64,000 nt of DNA from the NCBI GenBank assembly GCA_015067835.1, contig SVLS01000006.1, positions 949 to 64,948 on the forward strand, in the 5' to 3' direction. The stretch comes from Oscillospiraceae bacterium (GTDB taxonomy: Bacteria; Bacillota; Clostridia; Oscillospirales; Oscillospiraceae). Of the stretch, positions 18,215-27,364 are shown in pieces. The notes under the pieces were generated by a model, which ran no database searches, had not been told where the DNA came from, and saw only the letters and a program-made list of their open reading frames with translations. How positions within the stretch are numbered: position 1 is the first letter of the stretch; every line of letters begins with the position of its first letter. A program made the position numbers and the translations under genes.

Positions 18215-18850
18215 ATGAAAACGATTATACTTGTGCGCCACGGCGAAAGCGCCACGAATATTGAAAAGGTGTTTTGCGGACAGCTTAATGCTCCGTTGAC
18301 AGAACTTGGAAAAAAGCAGGCACAGCTGATGGCAGAGTATATCGATCGGTTTTCTGTGGATAAAGTTTATGCCAGCAGCCTGGATAGGGCTGTGGAGACA
18401 GCGATGCCCATTGCCCAGCGGCAGAATTGCCCCCTTGAGAAATGTGATGCATTAAAGGAAATCAATGCCGGGCTGTGGCAGGGGAAAACCTATGAGGAAA
18501 TATCCGTTAAATACCCGGAAAATTATAAAATCTGGAAAACAGACATTGGCAGGGCGACACCGGAAGGCGGAGAAACCTGTGTGCAGTTTTATGACCGGGT
18601 GACGACCTTTTTCAAAGGACTGCTGGCAAAGGAACAGGAGCAGACAATTTGCCTGGTCGCCCACGCAGTGATTATCCGTATGATTGAAAGCTATATGTCT
18701 ACCGGAAGCATTGAGGCGGCACAGGAGCTTGGCTGGGTCCCGAATGCTTCGGTGTCGGTTTACCGGTATGACGGGGTATTTACCTGTCTTGTGCGCGGTT
18801 GCTGTGACTATTTGGGTGAAATGCGCACCGAATTGCCGAAAAGTATTTAA
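18215..18850 (+). CDS. Histidine phosphatase family protein (phosphoglycerate-mutase-like)
   Basis: LVRHGESATN catalytic RHG motif and a C-terminal VAHAV histidine. Confidence 0.85.
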   Translation: MKTIILVRHGESATNIEKVFCGQLNAPLTELGKKQAQLMAEYIDRFSVDKVYASSLDRAVETAMPIAQRQNCPLEKCDALKEINAGLWQGKTYEEISVKYPENYKIWKTDIGRATPEGGETCVQFYDRVTTFFKGLLAKEQEQTICLVAHAVIIRMIESYMSTGSIEAAQELGWVPNASVSVYRYDGVFTCLVRGCCDYLGEMRTELPKSI

Positions 18851-18877
18851 GCCCGGAAAAGGAGAAAGGAGCAGCCT

Positions 18878-20140
18878 ATGTATCAGCCACTTGCAGACCT
18901 TTTGCGTCCCCAAACCCTGGACGAAGTTTACGGTCAGGAGCATTTGCTGGGAGAAAACGGGATTCTGCGCCGTCTGGTAGACAGCGGGAAAGTGCCCAAT
19001 ATGATTTTCTATGGGCCCAGCGGTACCGGAAAAACCACGGTTGCAAAAATTATCGCTCAACAAACCAACCGGACGCTGTTCCAGCTCAACGCCACCACAG
19101 CTTCCACGGCGGATATTAAAGAAATTGTTGCCCAGCTGGATACCTTCCTTGCGCCGAATGGTATTCTGCTGTATCTGGATGAGATTCAGTCCTTCAATAA
19201 GAAGCAGCAGCAGACCCTGCTGGATTACATTGAAAGCGGAAAAATCACATTGATTGCATCCACCACGGAAAACCCGTATTTCTATGTATTTAATGCGATT
19301 TTGAGCCGCTCCACCATTTTTGAATTCAAGCAAATTGATGCCGCTGCCGCCTTGAAAGCGGTCAAGCGAGCCGTTTCCTTTCTGGAAGAACGGACGGCCC
19401 TGACGGCTGAGCCGGAGGAAGGGGCACTGGAATACATTGCAGGCTCCTGCGGCGGCGATTTGCGCAAGGCGATGAATGCCGTTGAGGTTCTGTTCTCAGC
19501 CGGGCGACCGGAAAATGGCGTGTTGTCTTTGAGCCTGGAAGATGCCAAGGCGGTATCTCAAAAGAGTGCCCTTCGCGCAGATCGGGACGGGGATAATTTC
19601 TATGACCTGCTCTCTGCACTGCAAAAGTCCATTCGTGGCTCCGATCCGGATGCCGCTTGCCATTATCTGGCCCGATTGCTGGAAGCCGGGCAAATGCAGG
19701 CAGCTTGCCGCCGACTGATGGTGATTGCCTGTGAGGATGTGGGTCTTGCGTATCCTCAAATCATTCCCATTGTAAAAGCCTGTGTGGATGCGGCGCTGAT
19801 GTTGGGCGTTCCGGAGGCGCGGATTCCCCTGGGAGATGCGGCAGTGCTGATGGCGACCTCTCCAAAATCCAATTCTGCCCATATCGCACTGGATGAGGCA
19901 CTGGAAGATGTGCGCAACGGACTGGGGCGCGGCTTCCCGCGGCATTTGCAAAATGTCCACGCGGACAGCTATACCATGGAGCGTGAGCAGGGATATCAGT
20001 ACCCCCACAGCTACCCCGACCATTGGGTTCGCCAGCAATACCTGCCGGATGACTTGGTCGGAAAAACCTATTATGAGTACGGTTCCAATAAGCTGGAGCA
20101 GGCGGCGAAGCAATACTGGGACAACATTAAGGGACGGTGA
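18878..20140 (+). CDS. rarA: Replication-associated recombination protein A (AAA ATPase)
   Basis: GPSGTGKTT Walker A, LYLDEIQSFNK Walker B, MgsA C-terminal domain. Confidence 0.92.
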   Translation: MYQPLADLLRPQTLDEVYGQEHLLGENGILRRLVDSGKVPNMIFYGPSGTGKTTVAKIIAQQTNRTLFQLNATTASTADIKEIVAQLDTFLAPNGILLYLDEIQSFNKKQQQTLLDYIESGKITLIASTTENPYFYVFNAILSRSTIFEFKQIDAAAALKAVKRAVSFLEERTALTAEPEEGALEYIAGSCGGDLRKAMNAVEVLFSAGRPENGVLSLSLEDAKAVSQKSALRADRDGDNFYDLLSALQKSIRGSDPDAACHYLARLLEAGQMQAACRRLMVIACEDVGLAYPQIIPIVKACVDAALMLGVPEARIPLGDAAVLMATSPKSNSAHIALDEALEDVRNGLGRGFPRHLQNVHADSYTMEREQGYQYPHSYPDHWVRQQYLPDDLVGKTYYEYGSNKLEQAAKQYWDNIKGR

Positions 20141-20146
20141 CGGGCA

Positions 20147-20341
20147 ATGGATATACAAATCAATGACATTTTGACGATGAAAAAAGCCCATCCCTGCGGG
20201 GAGAAGCGCTGGCAGGTTTTGCGCTCCGGTGCGGATTTTCGCCTGCGTTGCCTGGGCTGCGGTCACGAAATTATGATTCCCCGGTCGAAAGCTGAGAAAA
20301 ATGTACGTACCATCAGTAAAAGTGAAAACACCTCGACATAA
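20147..20341 (+). CDS. DUF951 small zinc-ribbon-like protein
   Basis: 64 aa with HPCG...CLGCGH pattern. Confidence 0.7.
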   Translation: MDIQINDILTMKKAHPCGEKRWQVLRSGADFRLRCLGCGHEIMIPRSKAEKNVRTISKSENTST

Positions 20342-20343
20342 AC

Positions 20344-20379
20344 AAGCGGCAGCTGATAAAAACAGCTGCCGCTTTCTCT
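20344..20379 (+). terminator. Rho-independent terminator after the rarA-DUF951 unit
   Basis: aagcggcagctg (20344-20355) / cagctgccgctt (20363-20374), then a T-rich tail. Confidence 0.75.
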
Positions 20380-20511
20380 GTTAAGAGGGAGGTATGTCCC
20401 AAAACGATAGACCCGGAGGGGGGATTTGTCGCGAAAATCGGGCAAGGAAGCGACTAACTTTTTGAAGGGCAGGGCGTATACTGAAGGCATCTTCACCAGG
20501 GAGGCGATGAA

Positions 20512-21282
20512 ATGACGGTATATTTTGAAATGGTGGTTTTGCTTAATTTTTTGGTAGACTGGCTACTCCTGATGGGAACCAATCGATTGAGCGGCTACCC
20601 GGCTTCTGCAAAGAGGACAGCCCTGGGTGCTGTGCTGGGCGGTGTCTATGCCGGGGTGTGCATTTTGCCGGGCTGTCACTTTTTAGGCGGTTTGCTGTGG
20701 CGGCTTATGAGCCTTGCAGGAATGACCGGCATTGCCTATGGGTGGAATCGCAGTGCGTTGCGAAAAGGTGCGGTGTTTGTTCTGCTGAGTATGGCGCTGG
20801 GCGGTATAGCTATGGGCTTTGGAAAGGGAAATGTTGTTACTTTGCTTTTGTCTGCGGCAGGGGTGGCACTTTTGTGTGCAACCGGTCTGCGGGCTCCAAT
20901 TATCGGTATGAAATACCTTCCTGTCGAATTACTGTGGAAGGGGAAAAGACTGAAGCTGACGGCGTTGGTAGATACCGGAAATACCCTTAGAGATCCCATT
21001 TCGGGCGGTTCTGTTTTGGTAGTGGGTACGGATGTGGGCAGACAGCTGGGTATTTCCCGGGAAATCATCAATGACCCGGTTGCGGCGCTTGCTGCAAAGC
21101 AAATTCAAGGAGCAAGGCTGATACCCTACCGGGCGGTTGGAAAGCCGGGAGGAATGCTTTTAATGATGCGCTTTGAGGAAGTGAAGCTGAACGGTCAGAT
21201 CATCAGTCCGATGGTAGCTTTTGCGCCGGAGGAGATTGGAAAGAAGGATGGATATCAGGCATTGGCAGGAGGCGTGGTATAA
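20512..21282 (+). CDS. spoIIGA: Sigma-E processing peptidase
   Basis: Five N-terminal TM helices and the aspartic protease motif [14 protein letters not shown]; immediately upstream of sigE. Confidence 0.88.
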   Translation: MTVYFEMVVLLNFLVDWLLLMGTNRLSGYPASAKRTALGAVLGGVYAGVCILPGCHFLGGLLWRLMSLAGMTGIAYGWNRSALRKGAVFVLLSMALGGIAMGFGKGNVVTLLLSAAGVALLCATGLRAPIIGMKYLPVELLWKGKRLKLTALVDTGNTLRDPISGGSVLVVGTDVGRQLGISREIINDPVAALAAKQIQGARLIPYRAVGKPGGMLLMMRFEEVKLNGQIISPMVAFAPEEIGKKDGYQALAGGVV

Positions 21283-21989
21283 TGGGTAAAATTTTGGCGT
21301 TCTTTATGAAAATTGGTTGGATTTCACCGGGGGAGATTTACTACATCGGCGGAAGCGACATCCTTCCTGCACCCTTAAAGGGACAGGAGGAGCAGGATGC
21401 ATTGGAGGCAATGGAACAGGGGCAGGAATCAGCAAAGCAGCGGCTGATCGAACACAATTTGCGCTTGGTTGTCTACATTGCCCGGCGGTTTGAAAACACC
21501 GGGATCAATTTGGAGGATTTGATTTCCATTGGAACCATCGGATTGATAAAAGCCATCAATACATACCGTCGGGATAAAAACATCAAGCTTGCAACCTATG
21601 CGTCGCGGTGCATTGAAAACGAAATTCTGATGCACATCCGCAAGACCTCCTGCCAAAAGGCAGAAATATCTTTGGATGAGCCGATCAATATGGACTATGA
21701 CGGGAATGAATTGCTTCTTTCCGACATTCTCGGGACGGACGAGGATCAAATCTACCGCCCTATGGAGGATGATGTGGATTTGCGTGTCCTGCGCCAGGCC
21801 TTGTCAGAGCTGCCGGAGCGGGAGCGGGAAATTGTTCTTTTGCGCTTTGGACTGTACGGCCATAAGGAAATGACCCAGAGGGAAATTGCTCAGCAAATGG
21901 GGATTTCCCAATCCTATATATCCCGGCTGGAAAAGCGGATTATGCAGCGATTAAAAAAGGAATTTCTGCGGCAGACTACCTGTGCATAA
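21282..21989 (+). CDS. sigE: Sporulation sigma factor E (pro-sigma-E)
   Basis: Pro-sequence then [13 protein letters not shown], sigma-70 regions 2 and 4 ([20 protein letters not shown]). ATG overlaps the spoIIGA stop by 1 nt. Confidence 0.9.
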   Translation: MGKILAFFMKIGWISPGEIYYIGGSDILPAPLKGQEEQDALEAMEQGQESAKQRLIEHNLRLVVYIARRFENTGINLEDLISIGTIGLIKAINTYRRDKNIKLATYASRCIENEILMHIRKTSCQKAEISLDEPINMDYDGNELLLSDILGTDEDQIYRPMEDDVDLRVLRQALSELPEREREIVLLRFGLYGHKEMTQREIAQQMGISQSYISRLEKRIMQRLKKEFLRQTTCA

Positions 21990-21996
21990 AAAATTC

Positions 21997-22025
21997 TTGC
22001 ATAATGGAAAAAATTCTGTTATAAT
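21997..22025 (+). promoter_or_regulatory. Sigma-A-type promoter for rex
   Basis: TTGCAT 21997-22002, 17-nt spacer, TATAAT 22020-22025. Confidence 0.6.
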
Positions 22026-22061
22026 CGATACAAATACATATCGATATTAAACTGTATCGAT
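22024..22061. promoter_or_regulatory. Array of three ATCGAT-core palindromes at 16-bp phasing (candidate operator)
   Basis: ATCGAT cores at 22024-22029, 22040-22045 (within ATATCGATAT) and 22056-22061 (within TATCGATA); the centres are exactly 16 bp apart. Confidence 0.5.
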
Positions 22062-22077
22062 AGCCGGAGGAAAAACA

Positions 22078-22707
22078 ATGACCAAAAATGAAATTTCAAA
22101 GACCGTTTTAAAGCGGTTGCCCGGGTATTTGGCATATTTGAAAACCATTTCCACTACCAATATATCTGCCACAGCGCTGGCAGCTGCCCTGGGAATGGGC
22201 GAAGTTCAGGTCCGGAAGGATTTGGCAATGGTCTCCGACGGCGGCCGTCCGAAAACCGGTTATCAGCGAGAAAGCCTGATTGATGATATTGAGCAGTTTT
22301 TGGGTTATGATAATACCACAGATGCGGTTTTGATCGGTGCAGGCAAGCTGGGTCAGGCCTTGTGCGGCTATAGCGGCTTTGAGGCTTATGGCTTGAATAT
22401 CCTGGCTGCCTTTGACAACAATGCACCGGCTTCCCATACACAGGAAGGAAAGCCAATTTATCCGATGGAGGAGCTGGAGAACTTTTGTAAATCCAATAAG
22501 GTTCTGATGGGCATTATCACCGTCCCGGCGCAACATGCCCAAGAGGTTTGCAATCAGTTGATTGCCTGCGGCATCAAGGCCATTTGGTCCTTTGCGACTT
22601 CTCATTTGGAGGTGCCGGAGGGCATCCTGGTGCAGTATGAAAATATGGCGACTTCGCTTGCGGTGCTGAGTATGCACCTGCAGGCGCAAATCAAAGAAAA
22701 GAAGTGA
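22078..22707 (+). CDS. rex: Redox-sensing transcriptional repressor Rex
   Basis: N-terminal winged helix (LKRLPGYLAYL) and Rossmann GAGKLGQAL. Confidence 0.92.
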   Translation: MTKNEISKTVLKRLPGYLAYLKTISTTNISATALAAALGMGEVQVRKDLAMVSDGGRPKTGYQRESLIDDIEQFLGYDNTTDAVLIGAGKLGQALCGYSGFEAYGLNILAAFDNNAPASHTQEGKPIYPMEELENFCKSNKVLMGIITVPAQHAQEVCNQLIACGIKAIWSFATSHLEVPEGILVQYENMATSLAVLSMHLQAQIKEKK

Positions 22708-22768
22708 TTTTGTGCCATCCCCTGGGGTTTCACAGAGGATGGCACTTTTTGCGCAGAGGTGTTTGAGA

Positions 22769-23284
22769 GTGAAAAAGGAGCAAAAAAGGAATCCGTGGCT
22801 AGCAGCACTGTTTCTTGCTTACTGCGGTTTTATGCTGTATATGCTGTTTATACGCAACCGCTCTGCAATAGAGGGGTTGCCCTATTGGGAGCAAGTATGC
22901 AATAACTATAATCTTAAATGGTTTCGCACAGTAGAAAACTATTGGGATGTGCTGACACGGCCGACCTATTATATCGATAAATGGGGCGGCTATGAAGTGT
23001 ATTGCGTTCAAGTTCGGATTGCCGTTATTAATCTGGCGGGTAATATCGCTACGTTCATTCCTTTCGGCGCGTTTTTGCCGGCTATGTGGCCAAAGCTGTG
23101 CAGATTTTGGAAGGCAGTTCCGCTGGGCGTTGCGGCGGTAATCGTTGTTGAAATATTACAGCTGTTTTCCTTGCGCGGCAAGTGCGATGTGGATGATTTG
23201 CTGCTCAATACAGTTGGAATTCTTATCGGCTATGGGCTTTGGAGAATGGTGCAGTCAATTCGGAAGAGAAAGGGGAGACGCTGA
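22769..23284 (+). CDS. VanZ-family membrane protein
   Basis: VanZ-like helices (FIPFGAFLP, VEILQLFSLRGKCDVDDLLLNTVG). GTG at 22769 follows agagg by 9 nt; the ORF is open from 22712, so the start is uncertain. Confidence 0.72.
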   Translation: MKKEQKRNPWLAALFLAYCGFMLYMLFIRNRSAIEGLPYWEQVCNNYNLKWFRTVENYWDVLTRPTYYIDKWGGYEVYCVQVRIAVINLAGNIATFIPFGAFLPAMWPKLCRFWKAVPLGVAAVIVVEILQLFSLRGKCDVDDLLLNTVGILIGYGLWRMVQSIRKRKGRR

Positions 23285-24579
23285 TGCTGCCGCAGGACTT
23301 TTTAGACAGAATGAAGCTTCAGTTGGGAACGGAATACCCGGCATATCTGGAGAGCCTTGAGCGCCCCAGAGCTGTTGCATTGCGCTTTAATCCTCTGAAA
23401 GGAGAGAAGCCGAAGCTGGATTTTGTGGGTGCGCCCGTGCCCTGGGAGCCGTTGGGCTATTATTATGATGCCCAGGCACGCCCCGGTCTTCACCCGTACC
23501 ATGAGGCCGGTGTCTACTATTTGCAGGAGGCCAGTGCAATGTCAGCGGTGGCGCTGCTGGATCCGCAGCCGGGAGAGCGAATTTGTGATTTGTGTGCCGC
23601 TCCCGGCGGAAAAAGCACGCAAATTGCCGGAAGATTGATGGGAGATGGCTTTTTGCTGAGCAACGAAATCAATCCTAAGCGTGCCAAAATCCTCAGCCGC
23701 AACATAGAAAGAATGGGGATAGGAAATGCATTGGTGACCAATGAGCATCCCCAACGCCTGGCGCAAGCCTTGCCGGGCTACTTTGACCGCGTGCTGATTG
23801 ATGCGCCTTGCTCCGGAGAGGGAATGTTCCGTAAGGAAGAAGCGGCTGTTGCCGATTGGAGTTTGGAAACGGTGGAAATGTGTGCCAGACGGCAGGCAGA
23901 GATTTTGGATTCCGGTGCGGAATTGGTGCGCCCCGGCGGTCGGCTGGTTTATTCCACCTGCACTTTTGCACCATCTGAAAATGAGCAGGCGGTGGCGGAG
24001 TTTCTTAAGAGACACGCGGATTTTGAACCGGAAAAGGTAGAAGCGCCTTGGTTTACACCTGCCGGTGAGGGACAATTTCGCCTGTGGCCCCATAAACTGT
24101 TAGGGGAGGGGCATTTTGTTGCGGTATTGCGTCGTAAGGGAGAGGATGAAGCGGCTGATGTGCAGAGTGCGCAGGAGAAGCTTCCAAAGCTTTGGACAGA
24201 ATTTGCAAATAAAATGGGAATTACATTGCCCACAGGAAAAGCGATTACCTTTGGCACAAGTTTGTATTGGGCGCCGGTTCAGATGCCGCCGCTGAAGGGA
24301 CTGAAGGTTCTTCGTCCCGGCCTGGAACTGGGGGAGCTTAAAAAGGACCGCTTTGAGCCGGCTCACGCCTTGGCACTGTGGCTGCAGGGATGTCAATGTA
24401 TGGAAAATCTGGATTCCCGGGAGTCCGCAATCTGGGATTACCTCAGTGGCAATGTCGTTGCGTCCAGGCAAAAGGGCTGGTGTCTTGTTACAGTGGATGG
24501 ATATGCCATCGGCTGGGGAAAAGGCGATGGAGTACAGCTGAAAAACCATTATCCGAAGGGTTTGCGGCGTTTTCGTTGA
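23284..24579 (+). CDS. RsmB/RsmF-family rRNA cytosine-C5 methyltransferase
   Basis: DLCAAPGGKS SAM motif, IDAPCSGEG and YSTCT catalytic cysteines. ATG at 23284 overlaps the vanZ stop. Confidence 0.87.
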   Translation: MLPQDFLDRMKLQLGTEYPAYLESLERPRAVALRFNPLKGEKPKLDFVGAPVPWEPLGYYYDAQARPGLHPYHEAGVYYLQEASAMSAVALLDPQPGERICDLCAAPGGKSTQIAGRLMGDGFLLSNEINPKRAKILSRNIERMGIGNALVTNEHPQRLAQALPGYFDRVLIDAPCSGEGMFRKEEAAVADWSLETVEMCARRQAEILDSGAELVRPGGRLVYSTCTFAPSENEQAVAEFLKRHADFEPEKVEAPWFTPAGEGQFRLWPHKLLGEGHFVAVLRRKGEDEAADVQSAQEKLPKLWTEFANKMGITLPTGKAITFGTSLYWAPVQMPPLKGLKVLRPGLELGELKKDRFEPAHALALWLQGCQCMENLDSRESAIWDYLSGNVVASRQKGWCLVTVDGYAIGWGKGDGVQLKNHYPKGLRRFR

Positions 24580-24587
24580 AAATGGGC

Positions 24588-24616
24588 TTTACATAACTCT
24601 TTTGATGTGGTATAAT
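24588..24616 (+). promoter_or_regulatory. Sigma-A-type promoter (extended -10) for murA
   Basis: TTTACA 24588-24593, 17-nt spacer ending in tgg, TATAAT 24611-24616. Confidence 0.6.
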
Positions 24617-24660
24617 GCAAAGACCACTAAAATGAAATTTTCGCAAGGAGAGGATTATCC

Positions 24661-25926
24661 TTGGCTCGATATGAAATTATTGGCGGAACCCCGTTGCGCG
24701 GTTCTGTTACCATTAGCGGCGCAAAAAATGCGGCGGTAGCCATTTTGCCGGCGGCCTTGCTGGTAGAAGGCACTTGCCGGATTGAAAATGTGCCGAATAT
24801 TTCTGACGTCCGAATTCTGCTGTCCATTCTGGAAGGAATGGGTGTATCCGTGGAGCAACCGGAGCCCGGCGTTGTGGTGCTGGACAGTTCCTGTATATCC
24901 TGCATGGAGCCTCAGGCAGAGCTGGTAAAGAAAATGCGCGCCAGTTATTACTTGATGGGCGCACTTTTGGGCCGTTTCCATAAGGCTCATGTTGCGCTGC
25001 CAGGTGGCTGTAACTTCGCAGTTCGCCCCATTGACCAGCACATCAAGGGCTTCCGCGGACTTGGCGCAGAGGTGGAAGAAACAGAGGATTATGTGACAAT
25101 GCGTCCCGGTCCCAACGGCTTGAAGGGCAACCGCATCAGCCTGGATATGGCATCTGTTGGAGCAACGGTAAATATTATGATTGCGGCAACGCTGCTGCCC
25201 GGTCAGACAGTGATTGAGAATGCGGCAAAGGAACCCCACATTGTTGACCTTGCCAACTTCCTGAATACCATGGGTGCCCACATTTCCGGTGCCGGTACGG
25301 ATACGGTTAAAATCTACGGTGTGGAGGCGCTGAAGGGTGGTACTTATGTCATCATCCCAGACCAGATTGAGGCCGGTACTTATATGGCCGCAACGGTGGC
25401 TACCGGTGGTGATGTTCTGGTGAAGAATATTATTCCCAAGCACATGGAGTGCATTGTTACCAAGCTGGAGGAAATGGGTGCAGAAGTCATCAATTATGAC
25501 GATGCTATCCGTATCCGGTGTGGCAACCGACTGAATCACACCACGGTAAAGACCCATCCCTATCCTGGTTTCCCTACGGATATGCAAGCTCAGATTTGCG
25601 TATGTATGTCTCTGGCATCCGGAGTCAGCCGTTTGACCGAAAGTGTCTATGAAACCCGGTTCTTTGGTTATTGTACGGAGCTTGAGAGTATGGGCGCGGA
25701 TATTCAAATCAGCGGCAAAACGGCCATTGTAACAGGCGTTGACAGCCTGTATGGCGCAACCGTTAGTGCCAAGGACTTGCGAGCCGGTGCGGCATTGGTG
25801 ATTGCCGGCTTGGCCGCGAAAGGAACAACCTGGGTTAAAAATGCCCACTATGTTGAGCGTGGCTATGAGCAGCTGATTGAAAAGCTGACAGCTTTGGGCG
25901 CACAAATCCGAAGCGTTGAAGATTAA
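24661..25926 (+). CDS. murA: UDP-N-acetylglucosamine 1-carboxyvinyltransferase
   Basis: ISGAKNAAVAILPAALL and the active-site loop LPGGCNFAVRPID. TTG start lies 7 nt after SD aggagagg. Confidence 0.95.
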   Translation: MARYEIIGGTPLRGSVTISGAKNAAVAILPAALLVEGTCRIENVPNISDVRILLSILEGMGVSVEQPEPGVVVLDSSCISCMEPQAELVKKMRASYYLMGALLGRFHKAHVALPGGCNFAVRPIDQHIKGFRGLGAEVEETEDYVTMRPGPNGLKGNRISLDMASVGATVNIMIAATLLPGQTVIENAAKEPHIVDLANFLNTMGAHISGAGTDTVKIYGVEALKGGTYVIIPDQIEAGTYMAATVATGGDVLVKNIIPKHMECIVTKLEEMGAEVINYDDAIRIRCGNRLNHTTVKTHPYPGFPTDMQAQICVCMSLASGVSRLTESVYETRFFGYCTELESMGADIQISGKTAIVTGVDSLYGATVSAKDLRAGAALVIAGLAAKGTTWVKNAHYVERGYEQLIEKLTALGAQIRSVED

Positions 25927-25929
25927 AAG

Positions 25930-25969
25930 AAGAGCCTGTTGCAATCGCAACAGGCTCTTAATTGTTTTT
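25930..25969. terminator. Bidirectional terminator between murA and the convergent GT2 gene
   Basis: aagagcctgttgc (25930-25942) / gcaacaggctctt (25947-25959), loop aatc, followed by a T-run. Confidence 0.8.
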
Positions 25970-25970
25970 C

Positions 25971-27227
25971 TTACTTTCTTGCAAGCTCGGTAGAGGAGAT
26001 TGCAACAGTGTGTACAATGGGGTCCCACTTTACCTTGCTGAACATTGCACAAATGGAAATCGGTGCAAAGGTCATCATAAAGAAGGGGAAAGTAAAGACG
26101 GAGATGATTTTTTCCTTTGTGGTAGCCCGGATTCGCTTCCATTCCAGGATAACCGTCCAAAGTCCGACATAGGCAAGTGCTGTATATGCGCCCACAATCG
26201 TGCTGCCGATAACAAACAGAAAGCCAAGGGGAGTAGACGACAGCGCGGCAACACCCAGGGTCAGCGCAGAGGAGAAGGTGGCAAAGCCGAAGCCCCAGAA
26301 AGACAGAGTCATCAGTTCAAAGCAGGTGTAGCTGTTCCACTTGAAACGGAAAAGATTACGCAGCAGTGCGCCGATGTACTTAAAGGATACCTGCATACCG
26401 CCTTTTGCCCAGCGGGTTCTTTGCTTCCAGGATTGCCCAAAGGTCAAAGGCTGTTCATCATACAAAACAGCATCGTGGCAGTATCCGATTTTGATGCCGT
26501 GGGAAGCACAGTAGTTGTTAAACTCAATATCCTCTGTCAGAGTGAAGAAGTTCCAACCGCCGAGTTGCTCCAACAGCTGCCGCGTGAAGCCAAAGCCGGT
26601 TCCGTTGACATGGCAGCCGGTTTTAATAATGGTACGGGAGCGGTTCATATGGCTGGATTCATGGAGATACCACAAACCATAACCGGAGGTAAGCCAGTTG
26701 GTGCCAAAGTTCTTTGTGTTGCGATAGCCGCAGAATGCCTGATAGCCCTCAGAGGGGAGGCGGTTCAGCTGGCGGATGTAATCCGGCTCCAGCAGATTGT
26801 CGGCATCAAAAATCAGGAAAGCATCGTACTTGTCCCAACCAATTTGATTTTTAATCTGCTCCAGCAGATAGTGCATTGCGTAGCCCTTGCCGACGAACTG
26901 CTTGTTGAAGCGTTGGAAAACCTTTGCGCCGTGCGCTTGCGCAACCTGGGCAGTGTTGTCCGTACAATTATCGGCTACCACAAAGACATCAATCAAGTCG
27001 GAAGGATAATCCTGAGCCTTGATGGAGTCCAGCAGATGGGGCAAAACCATTTCCTCGTTCCGGGCTGCAATCAAAACAGCATAACGGGTATCCTTGGCTT
27101 CTACCTGCTTTTTGCGTACCCTGATAAGGGGAATATATAGATAAACAACCTGATACAGGAAAAAGATTGATACAAGCGTCATCAAGATACTGGAAATGAT
27201 TCCCAGAATTTCGACCAAAGGCGCCAT
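25971..27227 (-). CDS. Family-2 glycosyltransferase, processive membrane-embedded beta-glycan synthase type
   Basis: N- and C-terminal TM helices, with VLIAARNEE, FDADN, TEDIEF and QRTRWAKG (QxxRW) motifs. Confidence 0.85.
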   Translation of the reverse strand: MAPLVEILGIISSILMTLVSIFFLYQVVYLYIPLIRVRKKQVEAKDTRYAVLIAARNEEMVLPHLLDSIKAQDYPSDLIDVFVVADNCTDNTAQVAQAHGAKVFQRFNKQFVGKGYAMHYLLEQIKNQIGWDKYDAFLIFDADNLLEPDYIRQLNRLPSEGYQAFCGYRNTKNFGTNWLTSGYGLWYLHESSHMNRSRTIIKTGCHVNGTGFGFTRQLLEQLGGWNFFTLTEDIEFNNYCASHGIKIGYCHDAVLYDEQPLTFGQSWKQRTRWAKGGMQVSFKYIGALLRNLFRFKWNSYTCFELMTLSFWGFGFATFSSALTLGVAALSSTPLGFLFVIGSTIVGAYTALAYVGLWTVILEWKRIRATTKEKIISVFTFPFFMMTFAPISICAMFSKVKWDPIVHTVAISSTELARK

Positions 27228-27322
27228 TCACATTCCACCTTTCTTTTTTGTTGTATTATATCATTTTTATACGCAATCGTCTATTTAAAAACGGGTTAAA
27301 AGATATTAAGATTCCTTAAGAA

Positions 27323-27357
27323 TTGAAAATACCGGCACCGAAAAAGTGCCGGTATTT
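27323..27357 (-). terminator. Rho-independent terminator of prfC
   Basis: aaataccggcac / gtgccggtattt stem with a T-run on the minus strand. Confidence 0.75.
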
Positions 27358-27364
27358 GGGTCAA

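Noticed and set aside
20427-20433. Spo0A-box-like TGTCGCG about 45 bp upstream of a TATACT -10 in front of spoIIGA
   Set aside because: It differs from the TGTCGAA consensus (there is effectively an inserted base), only one copy is present, and no convincing -35 exists. This is too weak to call.
24655-26160. 501-aa ORF antisense to murA
   Set aside because: It is in register with the murA frame (offset 6), the same codon-bias artefact, and murA is unambiguous.
25962-27140. 392-aa ORF antisense to the GT2 synthase gene
   Set aside because: It is in register with the minus-strand GT2 codons (offset 9). The GT2 reading has clear catalytic motifs and TM helices, and this one has none.
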